From an uncultured Verrucomicrobia subdivision 3 bacterium (GTDB lineage: Bacteria; Verrucomicrobiota; Verrucomicrobiia; Limisphaerales; UBA11358), in contig CAIOUK010000215.1 in the NCBI GenBank assembly GCA_903861445.1, forward strand, positions 393 to 64,392: a stretch of 64,000 bases of DNA. The letters are read 5' to 3'. Within the stretch, counting starts at the first letter, position 1; every line of letters begins with the position of its first letter. Positions 63,761 through 64,000 of this stretch are shown piece after piece. The position numbers and the translations under genes are program-made. The notes below the pieces were generated by a model. That model ran no database searches. It was not told the origin of the DNA and saw only the letters and a program-made list of their open reading frames with translations.

Positions 63761-64000
63761 ATGAGCCAACAGACAGAAAGACAGATCAAAAATCCTTACG
63801 GCGACCGTTTGGAAAATTTTTGTTCTGGTGCGGTTTATGACTCGCTCTGGGCATTAGGCTTTCCCGACTAATTGCTGCCACAAACGATTCGTCCGCTGAA
63901 CCCGGGCGCGTGCTGGCCGGAAGAGTTTTTACTATAAAGGTCATGTGGATACAACGCTTGATGGCCCCCCTCCGCTGCTAGATTTGCAACGGGCCAACCG
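63761..64000 (+). pseudogene. RraA/aldolase-family gene apparently disrupted by an in-frame TAA and at least one frameshift (runs to the window edge)
   Basis: ATG 63761 gives ...ENFCSGAVYDSLWALGFPD then TAA (63869-63871). The same frame continues LLPQTIRPLNPG. The expected next motif VLAGRVFTIK is in another frame (from 63910). Together these match the RraA-family pattern xDalxxlG...irPlxpg...vxGxaxTv. Confidence 0.35.

Overview
The window looks like a Verrucomicrobiota/PVC-type chromosome; this is my inference from gene families, and I ran no search. It splits into four parts. (1) Positions 970-16378, minus strand: one tightly packed 16-gene block encoding a complete type II secretion-like machine. 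It carries gspE, gspF, gspG, three minor pseudopilins, gspK, a PilM-PilN/GspL-like fusion, PilO/GspM-like and PilP/GspC-like genes, and a secretin. The block ends with a histidine kinase and a sigma54-dependent activator, and a good sigma54 promoter with two upstream dyads precedes it. The secretin is encoded as two separately exported halves. (2) Positions 16809-21434: a small Cys-rich ORF followed by cusB and cusA, with no outer-membrane factor gene. (3) Positions 21892-56913: a roughly 30 kb ABC-transporter-type (wzm/wzt) polysaccharide locus. It contains a nucleotide-sugar dehydrogenase, two SDR epimerases, a DegT aminotransferase, a WbqC/ATP-grasp/HAD fusion, ten glycosyltransferases, three acyl/acetyltransferases, an O-antigen-ligase-like protein and an exosortase-EpsI fusion. 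Two paralogous ~800 aa secreted PDZ/HEAT proteins bracket the locus. (4) Positions 57618-63735: a 1627 aa multidomain secreted protein and a convergent GntR/PBP-type regulator, both preceded by the same 22 bp palindrome. The most pervasive unexplained signal is short, strictly 7-nt-periodic tandem tracts. They fill intergenic spacers, form ORF tails and prepilin leaders, and sit in frame inside several conserved enzymes. I found no tRNA, rRNA, CRISPR array, transposase or integrase. All calls come from reading the translations and DNA by eye. No database search, GC calculation or structure prediction was run, and start codons are best guesses.
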